NCBI GenBank assembly: GCA_051294905.1
Contig: CM119373.1
Coordinates: 2,110,001-2,170,000, forward strand
Direction: 5' to 3'
DNA: 60,000 nucleotides
Source: Botryllus schlosseri
Lineage: Eukaryota
Position numbers and translations under genes: made by a program. Below the pieces are notes generated by a model. The model saw only the letters and a list, made by a program, of their open reading frames with translations. It made no database searches and was not told where the DNA came from. Below, piece after piece: positions 24,946 to 36,341 of this stretch. How positions within the stretch are numbered: the stretch's first letter is position 1; every line of letters starts with the position of its first letter.

Positions 24946-27369
24946 TTTTACTGCTTCACGTCTTGTCAAGCGTAATCGTGCCGGTGCTTGTAAATGATAT
25001 ACAATTTACCGCGGCATATTATTTTTGTATAATGTACACGAGGTACAACTTGAATCGATCAGTTGGCGAACTAATGCTTTACCCGTCTGTACGATCGATC
25101 GCGAGCTCACCACGCACTTGTCGTTCGACAGCGACTCATTTCGCTATAGACAATCAGTTGTGTTCGCGTGTACCGTAACATATCCTCCACACTTGTTATA
25201 CCAACACCTCCAAGCATATTCACAATATCATACTAAGGATATATTGCTTCGGCAGCCACGCGCTGTCGTTCGAATTCGACTAATTTCGCTGCAGACAATC
25301 AGTTGTGCTCACGTTTACCGTAACATATCCCCAACACATGTTATGTCATATTTGCAGCATCATACTACGGATATATTAATTTTGGCGGAGTGTTACCATC
25401 AGAGAATTGCTGTGTCACGTCTTCGAGCCTCGCATTTCCCGTTCGAACTCGGTAACTGCGAGTAGGCCTACGATGTCAGATTCAGTGGTATAGTGACGAA
25501 TCCGGGTAGCTCACTTCATCGGGGATCAGTGGACTGACCTTATTTGGCTGAAACGCGCTCGGTGGTGCAATAATGGGAATGAATTGCGACAGATCATACG
25601 TGATGCGATCTATAGCCTGCTTTCGGCGAGGTGCAAAGATGAGTGGGAGATTTCGAAATCGGAATCCACCGCGACTAGGGTTGCCAAATAAAAGTCCAAA
25701 AAACCCGGCTGGCACGTAAAGTCCTGGTATTTCCATATATTGGGCTGGTAAAATGTGGCATAAATCCGACTCTCAAAGACACTTGGCCGCATCCGGTGTG
25801 GCTTTAACCAAAACTGATGAAATCTGCGCCGGGTCCAGAAACGAATCGTGACCAACCCCCCGTCCTGACAAAATAGTTCGGCTGGAATGTGGTTGTCGTT
25901 GTGCATTCATTTGCGTACAGCGAAACTTTGTATCGACTCATTGGCGGAATTCTGTTTGATTCGTCTGTACAGGTATTATTATAGTGCAATCAGATTTGGC
26001 ATCACAGGGAGTATATGGGTAAAATAGTATCCATAACACAACGATAATAACTCTACCCGTCAACAACTCCAACGGGATATATCTATGTATATTTCACTCA
26101 TAATAATATGAAAAGATAATTCACCACGTTCACACGATTGCTTATTTTTTCGACGGGAACGGTGATCACACTGACTGGTTGTCATCACTCGTCGTTCGAA
26201 TACTTGTAATTTTCGATGGGGTGTGATGAACGCCAATCAGCTGTGATCAATCGAGCGTGACACAATCGATGTCAGTCATCAATTCGCCTGTTTGACAAAA
26301 CTCGCGTCTTCGGGTTGACAGCAACACAATACGATACATTTGATGTCTCCATCGACCCTCCTAATAGGGTTACCATACGGCCTCATTTAGGGGAGCATAT
26401 GTCCTCATTTTCCCAGATATGTCACCCCTTCGCCCCAAATATACTCTCTTTCTGTCAATTTGTTCTCCTTGTTAGCTTAACATATCTAAAAAACACCACG
26501 AGTAACGCAAAATGCGGGCCTAGATTACGAAAGTCGGGGATTTAGGTAGCCAAATCGGAAAAAAAATGACGCTATGATGGCATCGTGCAGGCTATCACGT
26601 GGATACGGGGGGTTGTGTAATCATGTATAGGTGAATAGTAAAAGCGACCCAAACTACCGCTACATGAAAAAGATCGAGCGCACTCGACCACCCCTGTCGG
26701 GGTATGCCCACCTTAGTACAGCCAAATGATCCAATGTCGTACCGAGAATAGCCTGGGTGGTGGTATATCATTCTCACAAGATGTACTTTGGAATGCGTGT
26801 GAAATCGACATCGCCCGTTACTCGACTGAAGCAAGTCGCCACTGCAGCCCCTCTCTGTGTATACACAACGTGCTGAGCACTGCAGATCCAGACGAAACTA
26901 GGCATTCTGGCGAGGTTATCGAGATAGCTGGAGCGATTTACAACACATGCTAAATTTACTTCAAATGGAAGGACAAAATATAGCTTTGGAGTACTCAAGT
27001 AACTTTAAAATTAAACGTCGGTATAGTGAAATCGCTTTTCTATCCTAATTATAAAAGAGTAGGCTCCCATAAAACTGTCGAGCTCAAACACGTTGGTAAC
27101 TATGATGGTGCAAGTAGACAAAACTGACTCGAGTACCTCAGAAATAGTTACTGTATTTCGTTGCCGACCACGCGCCTGCTTATTCACACCGACTGACTCG
27201 CGTAGTAAGCAACTGCACCCCATCATCTTTTTATTGCTCAAATAATTTTGCAATTCACGAAATTCATTCTAATTTGCCGGTAGTGTTATCAGCACAAAGG
27301 ACACAGTTACACAAGTCTCGAAAAAAAAGGTGTCGATACACTACAATCGTTTTATCGCCACTATTCAAC

Positions 27370-28548
27370 TCATAGCTCGATCACACGACTGACGTTTCCG
27401 TAGATCAATTTTTGGCGTTTGATCAACTCTTGCCTGGTTATGGGGTTTCTAATCACAGGGCGATTGAGATTCGGGTGTGTCTTTTCGATACGTTGCGCAA
27501 ACTCGATACCTTTCGTTCGGAGTACGTATTCACACTGCGGAAACCATTTTGCATGTTCTGTCCAAACCTCGTCTTCATGGTCCCAACGAAGCCCGCCGTC
27601 ACAGTAAAAGCATTTGGTTCTGTCCGAATCGACGTAGTAAAACCCCGCTTTTGCTAACTGTTCAACACTAGCTCTAATTTTATTCGGTTCCCAGCCCTTG
27701 TCGAACGTTGCGATTCTTTTCGACAACGACGACATGCGAGGGTTCACGGGTTTAAGACAAGGAAATAGTTGCTCAAGACATCGCTTTTCGTCCTCGCAGG
27801 GTTCCTCTGGTTCTTGCAGATGTAAAGTGAGACGTCGTATTTTGTCGTCAAGCAACTTATCCAAATTGTCTCGTTCGTACTCGGTTAACGCCACATTCCC
27901 CGAATCGTCGCCACGTGCGAAACAACAATCCTGGCGATACGTCAAGTGTATTTCAGATATATCGTCTGTAGGCCTCCAATTGCGTAGAACGCCGGAGCAG
28001 TTGAAGCACTGCGTTCTGTCCAGGTCACCGAGGTAGAATAAACCTTGTTTTGCCAACTCGCCGACCGCCCGTGGTATGGGATAGCTGGGCCATTTCTCAA
28101 AGGTTTCGCGACGCTTCGACTCCTTTCGCAAGTCGAGATTCCTAACCCGATACTCGTGCTCTTGATCAACGATATTCGCAAAGTTGATGTTGGCGTTTCC
28201 AGCGGCTTCAAACTGTCTCAATAAACTTTTGAAATTCGATTTCACAATAGGTATGTTCAACGCGTCTCGTACACAATTCGCGTCATGACGCCGTACACTC
28301 GACCCGGTCCATCTTTCGAGGTACACACTGCATCCAAAGCATTTGATTTTGTCTTCAAATCCTAGCCAGTAGTATCCTTCAGACGCTAAATCGGTGCGTG
28401 TTCCGTATGATACTTTAGAGAATTTGGCGAACGTGGCGAGTCTGTACAATTCAGTGCGGTGAGAACCGGAAGCTATATACACGCGTTTCTGTCCGGGTGG
28501 ATCAGAGTATCTCTCCATTCGCGTAATGCCAAGCTCTTTCATAAACAT
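27370..28548 (-). CDS. Inhibitor of apoptosis (IAP/BIRC family), three BIR domains, no RING, intronless
   Basis: 392-aa ORF with three BIR motifs: RLATF..LASEGYYW..CFGC..H..C; RRETFEKWP..LAKQGLFY..CFNC-x16-H-x6-C; RIATF..LAKAGFYY..CFYCDGGLRW..EHAKWFPQC. Confidence 0.95.
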   Translation of the reverse strand: MFMKELGITRMERYSDPPGQKRVYIASGSHRTELYRLATFAKFSKVSYGTRTDLASEGYYWLGFEDKIKCFGCSVYLERWTGSSVRRHDANCVRDALNIPIVKSNFKSLLRQFEAAGNANINFANIVDQEHEYRVRNLDLRKESKRRETFEKWPSYPIPRAVGELAKQGLFYLGDLDRTQCFNCSGVLRNWRPTDDISEIHLTYRQDCCFARGDDSGNVALTEYERDNLDKLLDDKIRRLTLHLQEPEEPCEDEKRCLEQLFPCLKPVNPRMSSLSKRIATFDKGWEPNKIRASVEQLAKAGFYYVDSDRTKCFYCDGGLRWDHEDEVWTEHAKWFPQCEYVLRTKGIEFAQRIEKTHPNLNRPVIRNPITRQELIKRQKLIYGNVSRVIEL

Positions 28549-30080
28549 GGAGTACTAAGACAGGGCTTTTGTGTCTAAACGTGCCCCATAGGTCAACCGA
28601 GTCGGCTCACACATATATTCCTAGTTTATCCTTGAGAGCTGTATAGATTACCGGTAGCTGTACTTTTATGGCTGATTGACAACCGTTAGCTGTCGCTATT
28701 GCACCATTTACATATGTTTTTACCAGGAGCGGGCAACTTCTGCAATCCGCGGGGTGTGTATAGCTGAGTACCTTGGCGGTGCGTATTGCTGAATCGATGC
28801 ATTTTTCGACCACCGATCAACATATACGAGGAATAAATCGTATTCAATCAATGTATTTTAGCAACAGCAATGTCACTACAAAGTCATATCTCGCCGATAA
28901 TAACGAGGACAATGTGGATTTGAGAACCGTATTTTTATACAGGCACCGCCATGTCTGCTTCTCCCTAATCAATTAACACACGGTGCAATACTTAAATAAG
29001 ATTTCATAGTGGTCTATAAGCCTGATACCCTAAATTGACAGAGATATCAATTCATTACAGTTGTTTTGTAACGACGCTACAGACAAGTATCAGTAAACAC
29101 AAAACGAATTGTCACACTGTTGCGTCAATTCACCGACGACTCAGTATGAGACACGCTCGACCAACGAATGTGCATGGGACAACCGAAACAGGTGACCTTG
29201 CGTGGTGGGTATTTTCGATAACACCGATACGGCAACTTTATTCTCTCTACTGGCAATGTGATGGAGAGCGGCTTAATTCATCAGACAAAGGCTGGAAGCA
29301 ACAACTAGCAAAGACAAATCTAATGGCCACACTGACATTCACAGGTATTCGATAGACCCGATCATACCGAAGTCATCCCACTTCTGTAATGGCACGGGTA
29401 CGAAGCATTTTGAACGGTGTTGCTCGGTCGTGGTTTTTGGCCTTCCAAGACCTCTGTTAGCATCAGTCCATCCCCCGTATATTAATCGATGTAGTCAACT
29501 GGTTTGTGTTGTCCAATTTACTTTCTGCACCCGCTTCACTGCTCCACACCAGGTGTAAACTCGAGTAAACATATTTATTGAGGCGTATAGCACGCAGTGG
29601 GGTCCTTATGGATCAACACTGTATTGATGGGCACCCCAAAAGCCTACACAGGCGGTCATGTGACGTTGAAGGAATAACGAAATGACACGTTAGCGCCGGT
29701 GTTTTCACAGGTCATCTGCTTACCTATGAGTAAAAAGCGACGTTTATCGTATAGAAGGCGCGGTGAACGACCGGTTACGGTCCGGAATGAGATGTGGTAA
29801 ACGCGTATTGTGTTGAACGCATCAAATTTGTCCCCCTGTCTGTTTATGACCACACTCGACGATAACAAAAATTCAAAGACATGAAAGCACGTACGAGCGA
29901 ATATCGACGCTAACAAGAGAACGATCAATCAATATTCAACTTGGCAGTGACTTTCCGCTTTAGTAAGTTTACCAAAGCCATGAGGTCGTGCAAATAGTAC
30001 AGGCGTCAATTTCTATATTCTACACATGAGCGAGTGATCGCAATTACGACGTTTGACATTGGCACTCCAACAGTGAGATA

Positions 30081-33000
30081 GACTGATGCTAACAGAGGTC
30101 TTGGAAGGCCAAAAACCACGACCGAGCAACACCGTTCAAAATGCTTCGTACCCGTGCCATTACAGAAGTGGGATGACCTCGGTATGATCGGGTCTATCGA
30201 ATACCTGTGAATGTCAGTGTGGCCATTAGATTTGTCTTTGCTAGTTGTTGCTTCCAGCCTTTGTCTGATGAATTAAGCCGCTCTCCATCACATTGCCAGT
30301 AGAGAGAATAAAGTTGCCGTATCGGTGTTATCGAAAATACCCACCACGCAAGGTCACCTGTTTCGGTTGTCCCATGCACATTCGTTGGTCGAGCGTGTCT
30401 CATACTGAGTCGTCGGTGAATTGACGCAACAGTGTGACAATTCGTTTTGTGTTTACTGATACTTGTCTGTAGCGTCGTTAGAAAACAACTGTAATGAATT
30501 GATATCTCTGTCAATTTAGGGTATCAGGCTTATAGACCACTATGAAATCTTATTTAAGTATTGCACCGTGTGTTAATTGATTAGGGAGAAGCAGACATGG
30601 CGGTGCCTGTATAAAAATACGGTTCTCAAATCCACATTGTCCTCGTTATTATCGGCGAGATATGACTTTGTAGTGACATTGCTGTTGCTAAAATACATTG
30701 ATTGAATACGATTTATTCCTCGTATATGTTGATCGGTGGTCGAAAAATGCATCGATTCAGCAATACGCACCGCCAAGGTACTCTGCTATACACACCCCGC
30801 GGATTGCAGAAGTTGCCCGCTCCTGGTAAAAACATATGTAAATGGTGCAATAGCGACAGCTAACGGTTGTCAATCAGCCATAAAAGTACAGCTACCGGTA
30901 ATCTATACAGCTCTCAAGGATAAACTAGGAATATATGTGTGAGCCGACTCGGTTGACCTATGGGGCACGTTTAGACACAAAAGCCCTGTCTTAGTACTCC
31001 ATGTTTATGAAAGAGCTTGGCATTACGCGAATGGAGAGATACTCTGATCCACCCGGACAGAAACGCGTGTATATCGCTTCCGGTTCTCACCGCACTGAAT
31101 TGTACAGACTCGCCACGTTCGCCAAATTCTCTAAAGTATCATACGGAACACGCACCGATTTAGCGTCTGAAGGATACTACTGGCTAGGATTTGAAGACAA
31201 AATCAAATGCTTTGGATGCAGTGTGTACCTCGAAAGATGGACCGGGTCGAGTGTACGGCGTCATGACGCGAATTGTGTACGAGACGCGTTGAACATACCT
31301 ATTGTGAAATCGAATTTCAAAAGTTTATTGAGACAGTTTGAAGCCGCTGGAAACGCCAACATCAACTTTGCGAATATCGTTGATCAAGAGCACGAGTATC
31401 GGGTTAGGAATCTCGACTTGCGAAAGGAGTCGAAGCGTCGCGAAACCTTTGAGAAATGGCCCAGCTATCCCATACCACGGGCGGTCGGCGAGTTGGCAAA
31501 ACAAGGTTTATTCTACCTCGGTGACCTGGACAGAACGCAGTGCTTCAACTGCTCCGGCGTTCTACGCAATTGGAGGCCTACAGACGATATATCTGAAATA
31601 CACTTGACGTATCGCCAGGATTGTTGTTTCGCACGTGGCGACGATTCGGGGAATGTGGCGTTAACCGAGTACGAACGAGACAATTTGGATAAGTTGCTTG
31701 ACGACAAAATACGACGTCTCACTTTACATCTGCAAGAACCAGAGGAACCCTGCGAGGACGAAAAGCGATGTCTTGAGCAACTATTTCCTTGTCTTAAACC
31801 CGTGAACCCTCGCATGTCGTCGTTGTCGAAAAGAATCGCAACGTTCGACAAGGGCTGGGAACCGAATAAAATTAGAGCTAGTGTTGAACAGTTAGCAAAA
31901 GCGGGGTTTTACTACGTCGATTCGGACAGAACCAAATGCTTTTACTGTGACGGCGGGCTTCGTTGGGACCATGAAGACGAGGTTTGGACAGAACATGCAA
32001 AATGGTTTCCGCAGTGTGAATACGTACTCCGAACGAAAGGTATCGAGTTTGCGCAACGTATCGAAAAGACACACCCGAATCTCAATCGCCCTGTGATTAG
32101 AAACCCCATAACCAGGCAAGAGTTGATCAAACGCCAAAAATTGATCTGCGGAAACGTCAGTCGTGTGATCGAGCTATGAGTTGAATAGTGGCGATAAAAC
32201 GATTGTAGTGTATCGACACCTTTTTTTTCGAGACTTGTGTGACTGTGTCCTTTGTGCTGATAACACTACCGGCAAATTAGAATGAATTTCGTGATTTGCA
32301 AAATTATTTGAGCAATAAAAAGATGATGGGGTGCAGTTGCTTACTACGCGAGTCAGTCGGTGTGAATAAGCAGGCGCGTGGTCGGCAACGAAATACAGTA
32401 ACTATTTCTGAGGTACTCGAGTCAGTTTTGTCTACTTGCACCATCATAGTTACCAACGTGTTTGAGCTCGACAGTTTTATGGGAGCCTACTCTTTTATAA
32501 TTAGGATAGAAAAGCGATTTCACTATACCGACGTTTAATTTTAAAGTTACTTGAGTACTCCAAAGCTATATTTTGTCCTTCCATTAGAAGTAAATTTAGC
32601 ATGTGTTGTAAATCGCTCCAGCTATCTCGATAACCTCGCCAGAATGCCTAGTTTCGTCTGGATCTGCAGTGCTCAGCACGTTGTGTATACACAGAGAGGG
32701 ATGCAGTGGCGACTTGCTTCAGTCGAGTAACGGGCGATGTCGATTTCACACGCATTCCAAAGTACATCTTGTGAGAATGATATACCACCACCCCGGCTAT
32801 TCTCGGTACGACATTGGATCATTTGGCTGTACTAAGGTGGGTATACCCCGACAGGGGTGGTCGAGTGCGCTCGATCTTTTTCATGTAGCGGTAGTTTGGG
32901 TCGCTTTTACTATTCACCTATACATGATTACACAGCCCCCCGTATCCACGTGATAGCCTGCACGATGCCATCATAGCGTCATTTTTTCCGATTTGGCTAC

Positions 33001-35535
33001 CTAAATCCCCGACTTTCGTAATCTAGGCCCGCATTTTGCGTTACTCGTGGTGTTTTTTAGATATGTTAAGCTAACAAGGAGAACAAATGGACAGAAAGAG
33101 AGTATATTTGGGGCGAAGGGGTGACATATCTGGGAAAATGAGGACATATGCTTCCCTAAATGAGGCCGTATGGTAACCCTATTAGGAGAGTCGATGGGGA
33201 CATCAAATGTATCGTATTGTGTTGCTGTCAACCCGAAGACGCGAGTTTTGTCAAACAGGCGAATTGATGACTGACATCGATTGTGTCACGCTCGATTGAT
33301 CACAGCTGATTGGCGTTCATCACACCCCATCGAAAATTACAAGTATTCGAACGACGAGTGATGACAAGCAGTCAGTGTGATCACCGTTCCCGTCGAAAAA
33401 ATAAGCAATCGTGTGAACGTGGTGAATTATCTTTTCATATTATTATGAGTGAAATATACATAGATATATCCCGTTGGAGTTGTTGACGGGTAGAGTTATT
33501 ATCGTTGTGTTATGGATACTATTTTACCCATATACTCCCTGTGATGCCAAATCTGATTGCACTATAATAATACCTGTACAGACAAATCAAACAGAATTCC
33601 GCCAATGAGTCGATACAAAGTTTCGCTGTACGCAAATGAATGCACAACGACAACCACATTACAGCCGAACTATTTTGTCTGGACGGGGGGTTGGTCACGA
33701 TTCGTTTATGGACCCGGCGCAGATTTCATCAGTTTTGGTTAAAACCACACCGGATGCGGCCAAGTGTCTTTGAGAGTCGGATTTATGCCACATTTTACCA
33801 GCCCAATATATGGAAATACCAGGACTTTACGTGCCAGCCGGGTTTTTTGGACTTTTATTTGGCAATCCTAGTCGCGGTGGATTCCGATTTCGAAATCTCC
33901 CACTCATCTTTGCACCTCGCCGAAAGCAGGCTATAGATCGCATCACGTATGATCTGTCGCAATTCATTCCCATTATTGCACCACCGAGCGCGTTTCAGCC
34001 AAATAAGGTCAGTCCACTGATCCCCGATGAAGCGAGCTACCCGGATTCGTCACTATACCACTGAATCTGACATCGTACTCGCAGTTACCGAGTTCGAACG
34101 GGATATGCGAGGCTCGAAGACGTGACACAGCAATTCTCTGATGGTAACACTCCGCCCGAATTAATATATCCGTAGTATGATGCTGCAAATATGACATAAC
34201 ATGTGTTGGGGATATGTTACGGTACACGTGAGCACAACTGATTGTCTGCAGCGAAATTAGTCGAATTCGAACGACAGCGCGTGGCTGCCGAAGCAATATA
34301 TCCTTAGTATGATATTGTGAATATGCTTGGAGGTGTTGGTATAACAAGTGTGGAGGATATGTTACGGTACACGCGAACACAACTGATTGTCTATAGCGAA
34401 ATGAGTCGCTGTCGAACGACAAGTGCGTGGTGAGCTCGCGATCGATCGTACAGACGGGTAAAGCATTAGTTCGCCAACTGATCAATTCAAGTTGTACCTC
34501 GTGTACATTATACAAAAATAATATGCCGCGGTAAATTGTATATCATTTACAAGCACCGGCACGAGTACGCTTGACAAGACGTGAAGCAGTAAAAGAACCC
34601 ATTATATTGTTTGGTTGGGACTGTCTGTCCTAAGACGCTAGAACGCGGTATAGGTATGGAACAGCCACATTTGTTGCTTGCACCGAATACTAGGTACGTA
34701 ATACCGGGGGTTAACACGTTGATGCGAGCAAAATTGAGAATCAGCTATTTGTTTAATTACTTATTATATTCATAATGTTACTTTATTTAAGCTAATCTAT
34801 GTCGGGTCGCCTAGTACAAATTTCTACTAGGACATTCATTCTGATTCTCGGTATGACTCGAAATGACACACATATTTATAATAATAACAGATCATTTCTC
34901 GTTACTGTCTGGGTGGACAACAAAGCAAGCGGGTTCAAGTACGACAGTATGAGACAGACCACAAGCGTCACCTTACACAGCCGAACTTATGGACACCCAA
35001 AACACGCACCAGGATCTCATGGATCAGAAGAAAACTATACTGACGTCACGACCGACAATTATTCCTATGACCCCCCCCCCCCCCCCCCCCGTACACGAAA
35101 TTGAATCAACCGCGGAACGATAAGTCAACCAGTTTGACGGGCTATTGCTCCCAGGTCATGAAATTGGACCACGGAACAACGGGTCAGGGCAGGCAACTAT
35201 TATCAAGCTCCGTCGTGTACGACCGAGGTCAGCTATGGATCGTGAAAAAATACAGTAAAATTACAATGTATTATAATCAGTGAGTGGAAAAGTACAAGTA
35301 GAATGACTCCAGTCTCATGTCTGAGTACAAAGGTCAATCCAGATTCTTTGTTGTTTTCTCTCTATTGGTAATTATTCCCCTTTTTTGATTGCCGCACAGT
35401 CAGAAGGGGATTCCCCTTGCGTATTGCTGCAAAACTGAGAATGAGCTAATTCTTTCATTAATTATTATATTGATAATGTTTGTTTGTTTATTATAAATCG
35501 CGAATGGGGGCGTCGTGCACATTTATCTAACTGCT
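30081..35535. repeat. Right arm of giant inverted repeat
   Basis: GACTGATGCTAACAGAGG at 30081 mirrors CCTCTGTTAGCATCAGTC ending at 29468. The spacer 29469-30080 is unique. Confidence 0.97.
31001..32179 (+). CDS. Inhibitor of apoptosis (IAP/BIRC family), three BIR domains, second copy
   Basis: Mirror copy of 27370-28548. The proteins differ only at LIYGN vs LICGN near the C-terminus. Confidence 0.95.
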   Translation: MFMKELGITRMERYSDPPGQKRVYIASGSHRTELYRLATFAKFSKVSYGTRTDLASEGYYWLGFEDKIKCFGCSVYLERWTGSSVRRHDANCVRDALNIPIVKSNFKSLLRQFEAAGNANINFANIVDQEHEYRVRNLDLRKESKRRETFEKWPSYPIPRAVGELAKQGLFYLGDLDRTQCFNCSGVLRNWRPTDDISEIHLTYRQDCCFARGDDSGNVALTEYERDNLDKLLDDKIRRLTLHLQEPEEPCEDEKRCLEQLFPCLKPVNPRMSSLSKRIATFDKGWEPNKIRASVEQLAKAGFYYVDSDRTKCFYCDGGLRWDHEDEVWTEHAKWFPQCEYVLRTKGIEFAQRIEKTHPNLNRPVIRNPITRQELIKRQKLICGNVSRVIEL

Positions 35536-35760
35536 CACAATTGTTTTGCCAGATTGACACCAGAAAAGAAGATATTTAAACCCCTAAAAAAGAGCTTCAA
35601 ATAACTGTATTTAACCTTGAACTTTTCACTTGGTAGGAAATAAATCTTAGAATTTTTAATTTTATACCGCACATAAATATGCAATCGAATATGATGAACA
35701 TTCGTGTCGTTCTCAGTTATACCGTCAACAGCAACATGACCTGATGCGAGAACTTTGTTA

Positions 35761-36341
35761 CTGGGTTGTAACAAAGTCACAAGGCTCCGAGTCACAAGTC
35801 AATCCCACTTTTATGGTTTTAACTCGAGTCAAGTCGAGTCATTTCAATTCATCATCGAGTCAAGTCCGAGTCCAAGTCAGCGAGCCGAGGGTCGAGTCCG
35901 AGTCATGGACTTATGACCCGAGTCCCAGTCAAAGTCATTGAATAGACTGCTCAGTTTTCAGTTTAAGTCTTGGTAAATTCACTTTTTATACTTCTGTTTG
36001 GTGATATCAGATGTTTCGCATTTATAATATACCAATTTACCTCACTTTCATCAGTTTCTGGTCGCACATTCAAGTACCAGTACCAACAGACGAAATCCTA
36101 ATAGTGTGTTGGCTTCGGAATTACAATGAAATGGCGGTCTTGGCCGTCTGAGTCTCGAGTCAATGACTTGGTTCGAGTCATGCGCAATGACTCGAGTCCA
36201 AGTCGAGTCAATACACAGATTGACTCGAGTCGAATCATTTTCGTATTTTGAAAAACTGACTCGAGTCAAGTCGAGTCATCAAACAAATCGTGACTCGAGT
36301 CGGACTCGAGTCGAGTCATGACTCGAGTCATTACAACCCCG
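35761..36341. mobile_element. hAT-type MITE rich in GACTCGAGTC motifs
   Basis: Ends CTGGGTTGTAA / TTACAACCCCG. Flanks CTTTGTTA and CTTCGTTA form an 8-bp TSD with 1 mismatch. Confidence 0.75.

Larger units (their letters stand above)
22130..29468. repeat. Left arm of giant inverted repeat (includes 1.87-kb arm-specific hAT insertion)
   Basis: Reverse complement of 30081-35535 throughout, except 23080-24953. The ORF track shows mirror ORF pairs. Confidence 0.97.
22130..35535. mobile_element. Non-autonomous Polinton/Maverick-like element, giant palindrome carrying two IAP genes
   Basis: Left end AGTAGTTAGATAAATGTGCACGACGCCCCC at 22130 is the reverse complement of the right end ...GGGGGCGTCGTGCACATTTATCTAACTGCT (35535), with one mismatch. 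CACAAT flanks both sides (22124-22129 and 35536-35541). A homologous empty site lies at ~47090-47133. AG...CT termini with a short terminal AGT repeat and a 6-bp TSD are the Polinton signature. Confidence 0.8.

Noticed and set aside
25482..25989. Small ORFs in the palindrome arms as Polinton core genes
   Set aside because: No recognisable polymerase, integrase, ATPase, protease or capsid motifs; conservation between arms only reflects the duplication.
27412..28211. Short ORFs overlapping the IAP gene (and mirrors at 31338-32137)
   Set aside because: Alternative-frame shadows of the IAP CDS.
22130..35535. Palindrome as an assembly fold-back artefact
   Set aside because: The arms differ by substitutions, indels and a TSD-flanked insertion, and the whole is bounded by a TSD with a matching empty site.
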